The translations under genes and the position numbers were made by a program. This document shows positions 9,610 to 23,500 of a DNA stretch of 64,000 bases, in pieces. Source of the DNA: Lingula anatina (taxonomy: Eukaryota; Animalia; Brachiopoda); contig CM120640.1 in NCBI GenBank assembly GCA_051362555.1, positions 52,554,788-52,618,787 of the forward strand, written 5' to 3'. The notes under the pieces were generated by a model. That model had not been told where the DNA came from. It made no database searches and worked only from the letters and a program-made list of their open reading frames with translations. Each line of letters begins with the position of its first letter. Positions within the stretch are counted from its first letter, which is position 1.

Positions 9610-12600
9610 GTGAGACATGACCTTTTCGTTTTTTCTTATTTTTATGGAATTAAGGATAGCTATATCTGGATGTGAAACATATTAATATTGTGGGTACTAT
9701 TCTTAATAAAAAGTTTCACTTTTTTTACGTCTTGCTTGGCGGTCTACATACATGTACATGTAGATTTCCACGTACGTTACAATGCATGGGTAGCAATTGC
9801 ATAGTTTAAAGTCAAATAATATGTTTATATATTATTGCAATAATAGTACAAATAGAAAATAGACATCTTCTTAATATGGGACTTGGATGTCACAGAGCAG
9901 TGGCTGTTGCACATGGTCTGATTAACATAGGCGAGCTATTAATAGAAATCCTTTGTTTTAAACAAAGAGTTCAAGGCTGCGTACTTAGCTATATGATGAG
10001 CGTTTTTTTTTCACTTCAGAGATAGTTTCTTTTTAATGTAAAGAATTCAAAGAAAGAGGAGTATGGAAAATATACCTGCAAGTACATGAAAATTGGGCAC
10101 CAGATTTTAAAATGAATTATCTCAATAAGATATGTCATATAAACTGTTTAGATTGAAATAAATTATAGGGATGGTCAGTTAGTCAATTAAGTTATAGAAA
10201 TAATTTTGTGGCTAAAAAATGCATGTATATACATTTTGCAGTTGAAAATAAAATCAAGTATTAATATATGGCAAAGATATGATACCCAGAAAGCTAATTA
10301 TATATAGATGTTTATCAGCATGCTTTCATTTTTATAAAGGTGCATCACATTATCATTGATTCAAGGTGCAGAACATTTTTCTCCACTTGTTTATATATTA
10401 TTGCAATAGTTTGTCATGGAAGGGCATGCTTTTATTAATGTTTAAGCAAATAAATAACAACCTTCAAGTATGAAAATCATTAAAAATTATATAAATTGTA
10501 ACTCATCCATATTTCTTAAAACAAAAGCTTAAATGAAAAATAGGGAAAAAACAACTTTTAGTATTTCTTGCATTGTTCTAATTCTAATTTAGTATTTACA
10601 TTTTGTTAGAAAATTTAAGTTATATTTCCAGTTCATTAATTCTGTTTATAAGTTATGTTGGAAAGTTTTTTAAAAACTGCAAAATTCATTTCATTTGGTT
10701 AATGATTGATGAGAAAAATAATGCACCTAGAACTTTTGGAAAAAAAAAAACAACTATTAAATTGATAATTTTTAATTTTATTTCTAAAACGTTAGGAAAA
10801 GTAGGATGTTTATTTTAGAGGTACTAGTATACTACATCTGCATTTGTAAATGTCTTGAAGTCATTTTCTGTATCTACATTTCCTACAAATCTCCTCCTTT
10901 CCTAGTTCATTCCTCAAATTAAAGTACATGAAGTTGATACTTGTCTCTAAAATGTACCGAAACACATGGAGGTCTAAACATTATGAGAAATATTTGGAAT
11001 CCATTTACTTAAAATGACAGTATAGAATTTTAAACACATATGAAGGAATTTCTTTCTTTTTCTATTGTTTAAAAAAGCCTACACTGTGCTTTTTAAAATT
11101 TAAATGTAAAAAAGAAAATCAAATCTAAGTAAGTAGGATTAAATTTTTATTTGAAGGAAAACTCAGTATGGTTGAAAAATCCAAGGTATTATATCTGTAA
11201 CCAAGGGAGGCAGATTTACTTGCATGAAGAAGGATATTAGAATAAAATGTAATTTTTGTGGAATGATATTTCTTTGTTTTTTACCTTATTGATTACCATT
11301 GATTGTGCATTCAGACTTATGAGTTTTTATCTATTTAAATTAATTTGGATGGAGGCACATTGTTAAAATTAAATTAGTTGAAAATTTATTTCATTGTGAT
11401 TGTGATTTTTTTAAAATTTAGCTCATTGACTTTAAAAGTTAGTAGTTAAAGAGGGCCCAGTTTATGACACTGAAGAAAGAGAATTTTTCTTTGTGAGTGC
11501 TATTAGGTAGTGCCATCTGGTGTGAAAATAAGAGGGATTGATCATTGTGTGCTAAAACAAAGACTTCAATCAATAATAATGCTTATGCAAGCAAGCTGAG
11601 CCTAGTTAACTGTTACATGCAGTTAATTAATAGATGTTCAATGTCAATAAATCTGAACTTCTTTGTCCTTCATAACTCTTTGTCACTTGGTGGATGTAGC
11701 ATTTCCAAGGTGAGTGATTGAAAATGTGTTCTCTTTTGAGAACATTACATTTCTGTTGATTTGCTCTATTGTGTCTGAAATGTTTTTAGTGTGTATTAGA
11801 ATTTAATTTGTCAATTAGAAGGAGATATCTTAGGTTTTTAAAATATGCAAAAGATGTGAAATAAATGAATGTAAGTATCAATAAAAATGAATTGTGCTTG
11901 CATTTGTTAGATTGTATATCAAGGTCTTATTTTGCATGTGGTTATTACTGATTAAATTGGTCATTGCTGGTTGTACTAACACTGGCATTAAGTTTGTTCA
12001 GTTCCTTTTTAGTTTGATTTACCTCATATGATTTGTAAGAACTGTGAATTATATGCATACGACGAAGATATTTGTATATTTCGATTTCCAGCTATGTCAG
12101 TTTGCTATTCATGGAATCAATTACAACTCGTCACTCTTGTCAATGAATATATGTGCCACAGGCATTTCAATCCTAATAAAACTTGATTATTAAATATGGC
12201 AGTTAAGTTTATAAACAAGTGTGTTAGATGGTGTTTGCTGTTAATGAGATGGTAGGCTGTACAAAATTCTTTTGAAATTTAAGTTTATTCTAAATTGCTT
12301 ATAAATTTTTATGTTAAACAAAAAGGTAGAATATATTTGATTTATTAGAATTGTACAACTAGGATATATTTGTTTGTCATTTTCATTATACTTCATGTAA
12401 TAATATTGGTGTAACAAAGATAAAACAGTATTTGTTTTTGTCTCTTTAATAAATTTTGCTGTAGTAAATATTTAAAAAATTTTTTTTTGATGGAAATTTC
12501 CATGCTAGTGAATTATTACCATATTTGATTTAGATATTTAGGCTAGGGTAGGGTAAATAACAATTATGTGAGATTTTAGAGGCAAAATGGGTCAAAAAAT

Positions 12601-13184
12601 TAATTTCTTATGAGAAATTTGAGCTACGAGCTTTCATTAGGTCAGTAATTTCACTATTTTTTAAAACACATGCAAAGCATATGTACTACATACAGTAACT
12701 GTATTCATATATATATACCTGTATAGAATAGGGTTGGGTGAAGCACAAATTTTTGATAAGTTAGTGTTGTCTGTGGCAGAAAATGATGCTAAATTCAAGT
12801 GACAACTATTTTTTTTTTTCACAACAGCCATCTAGGTTAGTAAAATGAAGATTTTCAAAATGGCAGACAAAATGCCCTAAGAAAAATATTATTATAAACA
12901 ATTAAAGGACTTATAGTTTGTTATATGTCTTTCTTATGTTTTTAGGGTTGTAAAATATATTTTTTATTTCTTATGTTAGCGCTGCCATTGTTACATTTTA
13001 AATGGAAGTATGTTACCTTTTTTGTTGGTATTATCAAACATGACAGAAGAGAGATATCAGTCTGTCACAACAAGGAGTATTAAGTTATCTCAATTTCTGC
13101 TGCATGTGAATTAAAAGGAAGAATCACAATTATTCTCACCTTAAGCAACCAAAGGGTGAATGCCTTTAAATTATTAAAAAGAGG

Positions 13185-13662
13185 TGGATGGAATATTTTT
13201 GTTCTCCATGAAAGGAGTTGGGGGAGTAATCACTATCATGAATTAAGACCAGCAAAGATGTTGCCAAGGAAATATCCAATGTCTGGATGTCCAAGAATAT
13301 CATTCCTTCATTTGAGAGCATTTTCCAATAATTCATATTGGAGCTACATGTAAAAAGCATTGTGCTCATAAACAATGTAGCTGAAGCCATGAACCCATGA
13401 ACATCCTTTGTCAAGTTTTGATTGAACTCTTTCACTTTCATATATCATCACCTTTAGTCCTTGCACTTCACAGACAGTTAATGTTTTATTAGTTCTCCAA
13501 ATGTATTATAATCCAACATACTTCTGTTGACAATTGTTCTTTTCAAAGATAGGGAAGATTCTGACATTGTAGATTTCCTTGGCAACTTTTTTGCTGGCCT
13601 CAGCTTATGACAGGGCTTTCCTCCGGCTTCATACATGTAAGACAAAGGTGTATCATCCATCC
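13185..13662. repeat. Diverged inverted repeat (old MITE or two inverted repeat copies)
   Basis: ccagcaaagatgttgccaaggaaatatccaatgtc near 13250 matches the reverse complement of gacattgtagatttccttggcaacttttttgctgg near 13563-13598; weaker similarity extends on both sides. Confidence 0.7.
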
Positions 13663-14151
13663 TATCATAATAATTTTAAAACAGTCACTTTTTGGTAAGG
13701 ATACAGGTAATTGATTCTTTATTATAATTCCCATCCAACAGATGTTGGGAAATCTTATCAAGATGACTAAGGTGGTTCATTAATTGTCTCCATAATCCAA
13801 GATTCTGGCTCTTCATTCTAGCTTGACAGTTAACTGTCAGCTCACATGGTAACTGAACTTACTATAAAATGTACCAATCTCAGTATTAACATCAGAAATT
13901 GATAATTTATAAAAATTTAAAAAAAAAAATTGTAAAATGTGAAAATTTAGTTTGAAAATTGTTCTGAAATTTAGCACAATGATTTAAACCTGTTAAAACA
14001 TGTTTTTCTTGCTGCATTAACTTCTCCAGTGATTTTTCATTGTCGATAGCAGATTTGTTTTATGCATAAAAAGTAGTTGTTTTATTTTGATATTTGATAT
14101 TATGAAATCATAAGATGCTGTGAAATATATGAACAATTATTTGTTTTTTAG

Positions 14152-14226
14152 GCTGATGCTGATGGCAATCAAGCAGGCACTTTGGATTACAACATTAAGA
14201 CAGTGCATGTCACTGGATAGCAGCAG
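14152..14226 (+). other. Candidate internal exon, probably 5' UTR
   Basis: ttgttttttag acceptor and consensus CAG|gtaagt donor around 75 nt of higher GC; no recognisable protein. Confidence 0.55.
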
Positions 14227-14531
14227 GTAAGTCTTTTTAAAGGTGCCTTTTCCTTTTCAAAATTGACTTAATAATGTAACATTGTACTAGTAGTCAACTC
14301 TTAAGAGATCATTACAAAAACTAAACTTAGAAGAAAAAAACAAAACACACGCACAGTGACTAACGTGAAAAGCAGAACGGATTCATTAACCATTGATAAG
14401 TTTGGGAAAATTGTCGTTTACCCCAGGAACATCCTTTTTTTTCGCAAAATGAACAATTGTTATCCCTTTTACTTTCTCGGAAAAGTCGAAAATTTAACCA
14501 ATGCCACAATTAATCAGGGTGAGACAGTACT

Positions 14532-14571
14532 ACACACGCACACTCACACACACACACACACACACACACAC
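14532..14571. repeat. (CA)n microsatellite
   Basis: Directly visible. Confidence 0.95.
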
Positions 14572-17500
14572 TTCAGAAGTGCAGTTTAAATGTATTTATG
14601 AAGATAATCCAGTAGACTTCTGATACCCTGTTTGTATTCCTGCTAATGAGTCAAAACATTAGAGCCTGTCTTTGAGAAAAATGTATTCAGTATTGGATTG
14701 GGTTTCATTGATGGGGAATAAATTGACCACATTTTTGAAAGTTTGGGAAGAAACATTTCCAACAGAGTTCAAAGGATGTGTTAATATGAAAAAAGAATAG
14801 ATTGGGCATAGATAGACAAAAAGAAAAAAAGACTCATGGATAACTGTTTTAAGTTTTGCTAAGAAATTAGGGTAAAACTCTAATAGGTCATATTCTGGCA
14901 TTGAATTTGATTTTTTATCAAGCGCTATGTGGTCATTATAAAAGTTATTAAGTCAAAGCTTTTATGTGCTAGAGTATATGCCATGAAGGAGTATTACATA
15001 AAATTTCATGGAATTATAGAATATAATTTTTTCAGCTTTTCAAATTGAAAGTTTGGTGCATACACACACTGATTTTCTATGATTAGAGCAATTAATTACC
15101 AAAAGAACAATTTGATGAAGATATGGCTAGGAGTTTTGTTGGCTACACATTTTAAAATGAAAAAGCACAGCATTCTCAAACATGTGATACAGATAAACTT
15201 CACTTTTACATAAGTTTTCATTTTAAAAATGCAAGAATATGTATGGAAAGTTCTCATTTTAAAATGGTAAGACTATGCCTGGATTTCAACAAGAGAGTTG
15301 ATTATTTATGTAAAACATAAGATAGTACTGCTAGCTGCTTGTGCTGCATTAACTCGAAAATTGCATCAGAGGAGATTCATGATTGTGCCTTATTGTGTGA
15401 CATGGTCACATAATGCTTACGTATTTAGACATTTCTTCTTCTCTGTTTTATTATAAAGAATAGGAAAATCAACTTGCAAAAGAGAAAAAGTATTTTTCTC
15501 ACGTAAAGACTATTTTAAAAATGCCATAATATTTAGTTGACAGATATGTGAATGATATTAGTAGTTAATTTTCATAAAATTGTATCGATAAAAGTCATCC
15601 AAGAGACTACTTGTTCATGTATAGATGGTCATAGGTATTAGACTATTTTCGGATAGTGATATTATGTTTGATAGGATACAGCTATGCCTACTGTTAGTGT
15701 ACATTTAAAACACTTTGAAACCACATAGCAAGAAGAAACTAGTTTAGGTCTAACATTTTGTCAGGAATATGTAGTTTGTAAGGAAATATATTATTCCCTA
15801 CTTATTGCAAACCCTTAGATCTACCTAACAAAAGCTGGAAAAATAATCTTCACAGTAGTTACTAGTATATACATTTTAACCTTATCAATAGTATAAATTT
15901 TAAGTAAAAGGTGGCAGCACATACACCTAAGCAGTGTTAATAATTGTGCCAAAAGGTGTCAGCACAGTTCTTTTCCAACCACAAGAGGGCAGCAGGTCAG
16001 GTGCATTAGGTGCAAGACCCTCCCAACAACTTACAAGCCACAATGAATAATGAAAAGATTCTGTGAAAACTTGATTAATTTTGTGTATAAGTGTGAAATG
16101 TCTTGTGGACTTTAATCCACAGGACACTTAGTGCTAGCTACCCATAAAAGCTGTCTCTCAGGTGGGAAAAGTTGTTGTAAAGTTAGTACAACATAGGTAT
16201 GCTCCTTCAAAGTAAAATGAAGGCTTGTACCCGCCCTGTGCCTAGCACATCTTAGTAGGGATAAATTAAGTTCTAATTAGCAGGTAATAACGTCTGATTA
16301 GTTCTCCCCTGTTGTGTAGCCCAGAGGTAAATCATGGCCTAATGCTTTCAACTATGCTAATCTGCCATCTGCTCACATCTACTGTAAGTCTCTAGGCAGA
16401 GCCAACTCAATGGGTTTTAATTAGAGAAATAACAACTTGCTAAAAACTCAAGATCATTTGCATGAGTCCTTTGGGAAAAAAGCAAGAAAATGTAGAGCTT
16501 TGTGTCACACTTAATCACTTTCTAATCATGAAATTTGATTCTCTTGCCTTTTTTCTACTTGATCAAATCAATACTCTGATTAAAATGCTTATTTTTTCTT
16601 TACAAATGCAGTGATGGAGGGATAGATAAGATATTGAGCAGATGTTGTTGAATTATTCTGATGCATAACATTATTATTCTGAACCTACTACTAAATATAT
16701 CACCATACAGATGTTTACTTTTTAATAACTGTTCTATTTTGGAAAATAACTTTTCTTCAAAATTTGCATCCAATGTGATTTCTAATTTGTAATCTAAAAC
16801 CAATACATACTTAACATGACATTCATCGTATATGGGTTAAGTGATTTTGATATGACATTTTACAAACAACAGTTGAAAATAAACAAATGTGGGCAGCAAA
16901 TATATATTTATGTGTATATTCTTGATGACAGACTATGTATTTTATATTATATCTATTGTATTTTATATTATATCTATTGTATTTTATTGTCTTCTCATGT
17001 ATTTTTATTTTTATAACTTGACATAGGAGCAGTGAAGTAAGAAATTATACTATATCTGTGTATTCACATAATTACTGCCTGGTGATGTAATATTGGTATA
17101 GATTCAGTGCTATAAGACGTAACCTGTTACCACTGTCAACAAAAACAAGCCAGACACAGGTTTGCAATGCACTGCAGTTGCACTAAGATGTGTCTTTCAA
17201 TAGTGGCACTGAACAATAACAACATATTAAGTGACAACATGAATAACACACCTGTAATGTAACTTATATAAGGCACACCTTAATGATATTATAATCCAAT
17301 GGATTTTTTTTTTACTAGCACCTGCTGGTATAGGTCACTTGGTGGTCATTCTACCTGGTCAGTGCACAGGACAGCCAGTGCGTAATGACTAAATCAACAT
17401 ATGTCCTTAAAATGTCTCTTTTTTTTTCTTCTATATAGTTGTTGCACTGATGGTACCAGAAGAAATGTTTTGCCAGTTAGTGAAAAATAACCCAAATTGT

Positions 17501-19014
17501 ATAGTTTTTGTTTCTGTCCTTTCATAAAACATGTAGACATAAGCAAAGCATGAAACATTTAAAAGACTTCATGTTTGTGCACAGACAATCACGTTATTGT
17601 ACATACCCTTAAAATATTGGAAATTGACATCCACATTTGACGCACGCAAGTCAATACACGTGTTTACAGCAAGTACAGCAGGAGTGTCTTGTTTTGCACT
17701 TACAAGCACTTACATGCACTGTTAAGTGCAGGGTTGGCTGTCTAGATACATGGGTCTAGATACATGTGCAGATATGATTAGGGTTTTAAGGGTATTAAAA
17801 TGTATTTACTGAATGGTATACAGATCTTGCCAGTATCTATGTTTTTATACTGACATACCAAGTACATAGTGGTAGGCATCTTCAAATTACAGAACAACCA
17901 TGTTGTAAAATATACATAAAAATAGTATATATGCTTTGCCTGGGTATTTTCACTGGTATAAAAAATGTTGGCTTGTGTGAGACAAAAACTATTTCTCAAT
18001 AAAATTAGATGTGCCAAATGAAATGTAGGGTGTGCTCCTTATTAAGGACTGATATACCACAGTGTAATAACAGTAGAGTTCAATCACCTATTTTCTCAGT
18101 GCAAGCAACTGAGAGTCATTATCCTAGGAATTAACTCTAGTTTAGCACAGCTTACAATGGAATTCAGCGTACTATGGGTTCATTATTTTTAGGAGAGTTG
18201 GGGTAGACACTCCAGAAAAACAGACAGATACAGTGTATGTATAAAAGTCAGGGATAACCAAGTGCTTGAAAGACATTGGTATCTTGAACTTTTTTAATGC
18301 CTTCAAAAAGACATATTAAATTTAGTTTACTGCCCTTCTAGGTAGTAAGAAGTTTTTCAGCATCATTGTTTTTGAGAAATAGTATTTTGTGATGTCACTG
18401 CATTAAACAAACTAGATTGTATTATTAAAGTGATTTTTAACTAGTAATAAGAACCTCTGCCTATTTACACCTGGCTTTTAGTGATCAATTGACCAAAGGG
18501 TGACTGTTGGTATTGCAGATGTTAATTGCATGTCTGAAGCCCAGTAAGGTGGACACCATGTCAGCATGTGATATATATATCCTCCCTTTCTTACTTTGTT
18601 GGAATGTGGAAGATGTGCTAATATAATGTGGAAAAAGTAGATGGAAGGAGGTGGTTTGAAAAACTTGTGGCAGTGACTAAAATATTCTTTATGTTTACAA
18701 AATATAAAATCTTTTTAATTTCACTTGACCAGAATCAGGAAAAAATTGAAGTGGAAAAGAAAAAAGATAACCTAGAGTGAGCCTATGATTAGGGAGAGGG
18801 GAGGGGGGGGGGTCAGACAAGCATGTTTCTGTGTACAACCTGGCTGCATTCACACATGAAAGATTAATAAGTTCAGTGAATAAATTATTTATACACGCAC
18901 TGTCATTTATCATCATTAAGTCTCCATACTAAGGTGTAGCTTGGAAATCACACATGTTAAAGTGCAGTATAGCAAGTTGTTAACCAGGCTGATATGAACA
19001 TTGTCATTTTACAG

Positions 19015-19130
19015 GTTTGGTTTATTAAAGGATTGGTGCTAATATATATATGGTATAGTACTTTCTATCTGGAAGCTCCAGATTGTTTTGCCATGGCTCA
19101 TGGCAATGCATAGTACTGAAAGTTATCTCA
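19015..19130 (+). other. Candidate internal non-coding exon
   Basis: cattttacag acceptor and CA|gtaagt donor 116 nt apart; splice signals are the only support. Confidence 0.3.
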
Positions 19131-20454
19131 GTAAGTTTGTATTCTGAAAGTTTTTGGATATTTGATTTTTTTAAGTGAAAGAGGAAGATATGAAAACTGT
19201 CACGACAATCTGCTTTGTGAAGACATTAGTGGGAGGATTTGGTAGGATACTGAAACTGAAATTTGTTACTTTTGATTTTCTTTTACTTGAAAAAAATCTG
19301 ATAAATGAATGTTTTGTCAATATGAATTAGCAGGAAGTTATGGATTTTTTATTAAAGAAAGTTGATGGTAAATATTACCCTCATAGTTTTTTTAGCTACT
19401 GTTTTGATGGTTCTGTGTTCTTGTGAATCATGCTAAATGGTTTCCTTTTATTTAAAAGGAGATTGTAGTGAAACCCATAATTATGGGTCAGCTTATTATG
19501 TATGAATGTGTTTAAAACCCTATGCCATACCTTCTTCAAAATGCTATGTTGATGCTACAAATCTTGCTTGAAAGCTCTGTGCAAGAAGGTTTCCAGGGCA
19601 TTGGTAGACTCTGGCTACTAGAAATGCATGATTTCATTTTCCATAAAAAGCTGTTGAGTCATCAGTTTCTGGGAGAGATGTCTGCTTCATTTGTGTTCAC
19701 CTACATATGTCAAGAGTGTTTTGAACATGCATCATTAATCAACAGACTTTCTGTACTAAGACAATTTAGATTATTTTTGTTTGGTTTTACTATGTATTAA
19801 AACTGTGTTTTGCTGTTTCAGTTTTTGATAAAGATTGTAAATACTGGTATATATAATCTTAATATGCTAATATCATGTTTAGAATAAAAGACAAAGCATC
19901 ATATATGTTTTAATCATTTTTGAATTTTTGCCAAGTACAAGGCATTGGCCATCTTTGACCCACATTTTTTTCAAACTCAGTGGTAGTTCAGGCATATAAG
20001 ATTGACTTCTCATTTCTTCATATGTGCATTTTCCTAGCTGCTTTTGTCTTACCAAATATATGAAACATTTATATGAGATGTTTTAAACTAAGTTGAAAGT
20101 TAATTGTCACAAAAAATCTTGGACAAAAAAAATTATAGTCTCATACATGGAATATAAAAAAGGGTCTCATTGATTGTCAGTGGCCGTAGCAAAAGCTTTG
20201 TATCCCTTCCATGATTGAAACAGCAGCTGGAGAAAATACACCAGTGTTGGGCCCATTTTCAGTACAGTTGTGACTGCTTAACTTCTTACCTAATTTTCAG
20301 CAGCCTGTGTAATGGAAATCATTCCAAATAGCCGTCTTTTGAGTGAATACTGAAGTGAGATTTAGCATTTGCTCATCCAGATTCTATTTTCTAGCCTCCT
20401 CTTGTTTTCAACATACTCATATAATCACCAGCTTTTCTGTTCTCTACTCAATGC

Positions 20455-20554
20455 CAGGAGGTGTGTCAATCTGTTAATCTGATTGCATTCAGCCAGAGTC
20501 CCCATGGAGTTGGATTGATCTACATAGAACAATAGTTTATTTGGGAATGAGCCC
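20455..20554. mobile_element. One arm of a PIF/Harbinger-type MITE (family A)
   Basis: Matches 31843-31936 and, inverted, 36706-36800; ends gggaatgagccc followed by TAA. Confidence 0.7.
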
Positions 20555-23500
20555 TAATTCACTGCCATTGGAAATGATGCATTAAAATGGCAAAAGTTTG
20601 TATAATGAATTTTAGTGGCTATAGTTATTTATTTGTTTTTTTGTTCTCAGAATTATTTTACCATTCTACACGCATTACCTAATTTTGGGTCTTTTCAGTG
20701 CCCTGAAGTACCACATTCTGCCTTTCAAGAACAGTAATGTCTGGTACTGGAAAGACTCTGAGTTAAGTTATATCTCTACTCAGTGATGGGGATGGGAGTG
20801 GGCAAGACAACAAAAAATTGATTGAAAAAAATTGATTGCTATAGTCTGTAGTTGGTTTGTAGTTTAGAGACGGTGTTAGTTGAGATGTTGCTGAATGTGC
20901 TGGAAACAGGCCTTCAGACAATCGTGATGGAAAATGCATAAGTTTTCCTCTTACTGTAAGACAGGAAGGAGATAAACTTACCAAGGGTCTTCATGTGTGA
21001 CACATCATTTAAACTTGTTTTTTGGAGGAAAAGAAAACAATACTTGAAAAATATTGAAAGGAAAACAGTGAAAAAAAATCTGAATGTAAAGATAAGTGTT
21101 GTTAGGAAAAAAATGCCACAATATAAGGAGTGGGCAATTGCCTTGCTAAAACTTGTTTGTAAATGAAAAGAAAATGAAACGGGATGAAAAACTGGAAAGT
21201 GAAAAAATTAGATAGTGGGTTTGTTCCTTGAATAATGTTTGTCAAAAACATGATATGATAGACATTGAAACGAAAAAACAAGTAAAAACTCTGAGCATCA
21301 CCAGATAAATGATGAAAAAAAATGAGGGCTGGGCATTTGCACCCTCACAGTTCCTGATACTACCCACAATAAAAGCAGTGAGACAACTTATCTCATTTAA
21401 AACAGACTCCAAATTTTTCCCTTATCACAGCAGTGTAGCTTTAGGGAGCAGAACAACTGCTTCAGACATGGAGACTGATTGTGGGCTTCCTCCTTTGACT
21501 TCTTTATCTTCCACAGTACCATGTCTTTGCTGTTTAGACGATGAATAAAAACTGACAGGTCCTTACCTAGCTTATTATCTCATCAGAGTGATAAAAGGAG
21601 AAAAGTTATTTCAAATGTTCCTAAAACTACAAGTGTGGGCCTGTTGAAATGTTTAGATTTTATAAACTGCTATCTCTTGGTTCAACATGCTAGTAGGGCC
21701 CCATGTTTATGTTATGACTGTACAAGCATGTGCCCCTGAGATCTTATTACAACAGCTTCATGAGGAGCACATTTGGTCAGAGCATTTTGCACTCATTGAG
21801 AAGATTTTGTTATATTTGGGTAACGGCCTCAGAAACTCAACTTTCACATGTTCCTGTCATTCATCCCTCTTTCCTTGTTGCCTGCTCATCCTTTCTGCTG
21901 TCTGCTGGTGGTACTTCTCCTGCAGAGATTTTTTTTGGACACTAGTTTCCTGTTGTTTGAAGAATGTACAAGTGTCTTTTCTTTCAGTTAAAAAAAAAAA
22001 GAAAAAAATTATCCTTTTAATCTTAGCATAATTGATCAGTTATACTCAATATCTTACTTGCTTTATTTCACTACCTTCTGGCTGAAATTATCATCTTGCT
22101 ATATTTTCATCTCAAATATCATCCTTTTCATCCTTTCCTCTTGACCTTTTATAATCTCTTTCCTTATTCATTTGAATATAAAAACAAATTACATATCTTT
22201 CCTTGCTAAAATTTTTTCTTATCATTATCAAAACCAATCATATGTTTTCCTTGTCAATATTTTGTCTTACCATTAAAGATTAATGTGCACTTTTCTCTAA
22301 CACAGAAACATATCTGTGAATATCTAGTGAAAAAATCAATCCATGGTCCTGGTAGAGGGTGGGTGGGGGAGGGCGCTCACTCAAACCATAAATACATGAA
22401 ACCTCTCCTCTTCTTCCCTCTTTTCTACTAGTACAGTGTGAGACTTAAATGTTTATGAAATGCCTTCACTTTTTCTTCTCCCCTCCCTCCCCTGTCTTTC
22501 AGGGACATATTAATGTTAGGACTTTTTCTTCTCCATTACACTCACTCTGTTTTGATTATATGCAGATTCTTTTAAAATAACGCACACTGGTTATCTCTCA
22601 TATTTCCTCTTTCTTTCTTTCCATCACTTCAAATTTAAACAATATAACTATTCTTGTCTGTTAATAAGTATGTATAGTCACTGTTTTTTCATTACCTCAG
22701 TCCTTTATTCACTTTGCCAGGACCACTTTATATTGCCTCAAATTGTTCAGTGTTGCTTATTTTCTTCCTTTTTTTCTCACTCTATCATGCTTGGATCTAG
22801 ATTCCCTTTGGATATTGCACGGAAGATTTATTAGCATAACAATGGCCCACACCTGCTTCCATGACCTGGCTGCTCTGCCCTGGAGAAAAGAACAAGTAAT
22901 TTTGAAGCAGCCTGGATATATGAATTTTAATGCAACTCAAAAAACAAGTCTCCCATATATATGCATGTATATACTGGCAAATATTTAGGTGATGTACTGC
23001 TTTTGGAGTTTTTTGTGGTTGAAATAGGATAAGGTGGACCAGCAACATCCTGTGTTCATGTTGGGGATTTTTTTAAAGAAATGTCATCAATACATGAATA
23101 ACTCAAGGTGTCTTTGAAGTGAAAAGGTTTTTTGCTCCCCTTTAGGAGAGTTATTATTGGCCTCTGCTTGTGGGATTAAATAGTTTAATGAAAGTGAAAA
23201 AAGGGACATTTCTCCATTTATTTTCCTTTGACAATTTGCATCAAAGAAGGCATTGATGTATATTTGGGACTATAACATTTGTGCTTGAAACATGTGACAA
23301 TTGCTGTAAAAACTCTTTGGTTGATTGTTTAAATTAGGAGGCTGAAATTACTGTCAGATGACTTGATTGTACTGGTTACAATGGGTTGTAAATGACACTG
23401 GTATGAATGATGGCTGCCAAAGGTAAAGACTCTTCATAGTCCAAGTGTGAAATGATGTGACAAATAGAATATAATTGTAGTGATAGTTATCTGAACCCAG

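Noticed and set aside
9184-9675. Longest ORF in the track (163 aa)
   Set aside because: Starts at TTG, spans promoter motifs and a splice donor, and resembles no protein I know; GC-richer DNA explains the lack of stops.
17163-17184. tgcaatgcactgcagttgcac, loosely like the miR-33 reverse complement
   Set aside because: Several mismatches and indels and no precursor hairpin; a by-eye scan found no conserved animal miRNA in the window.
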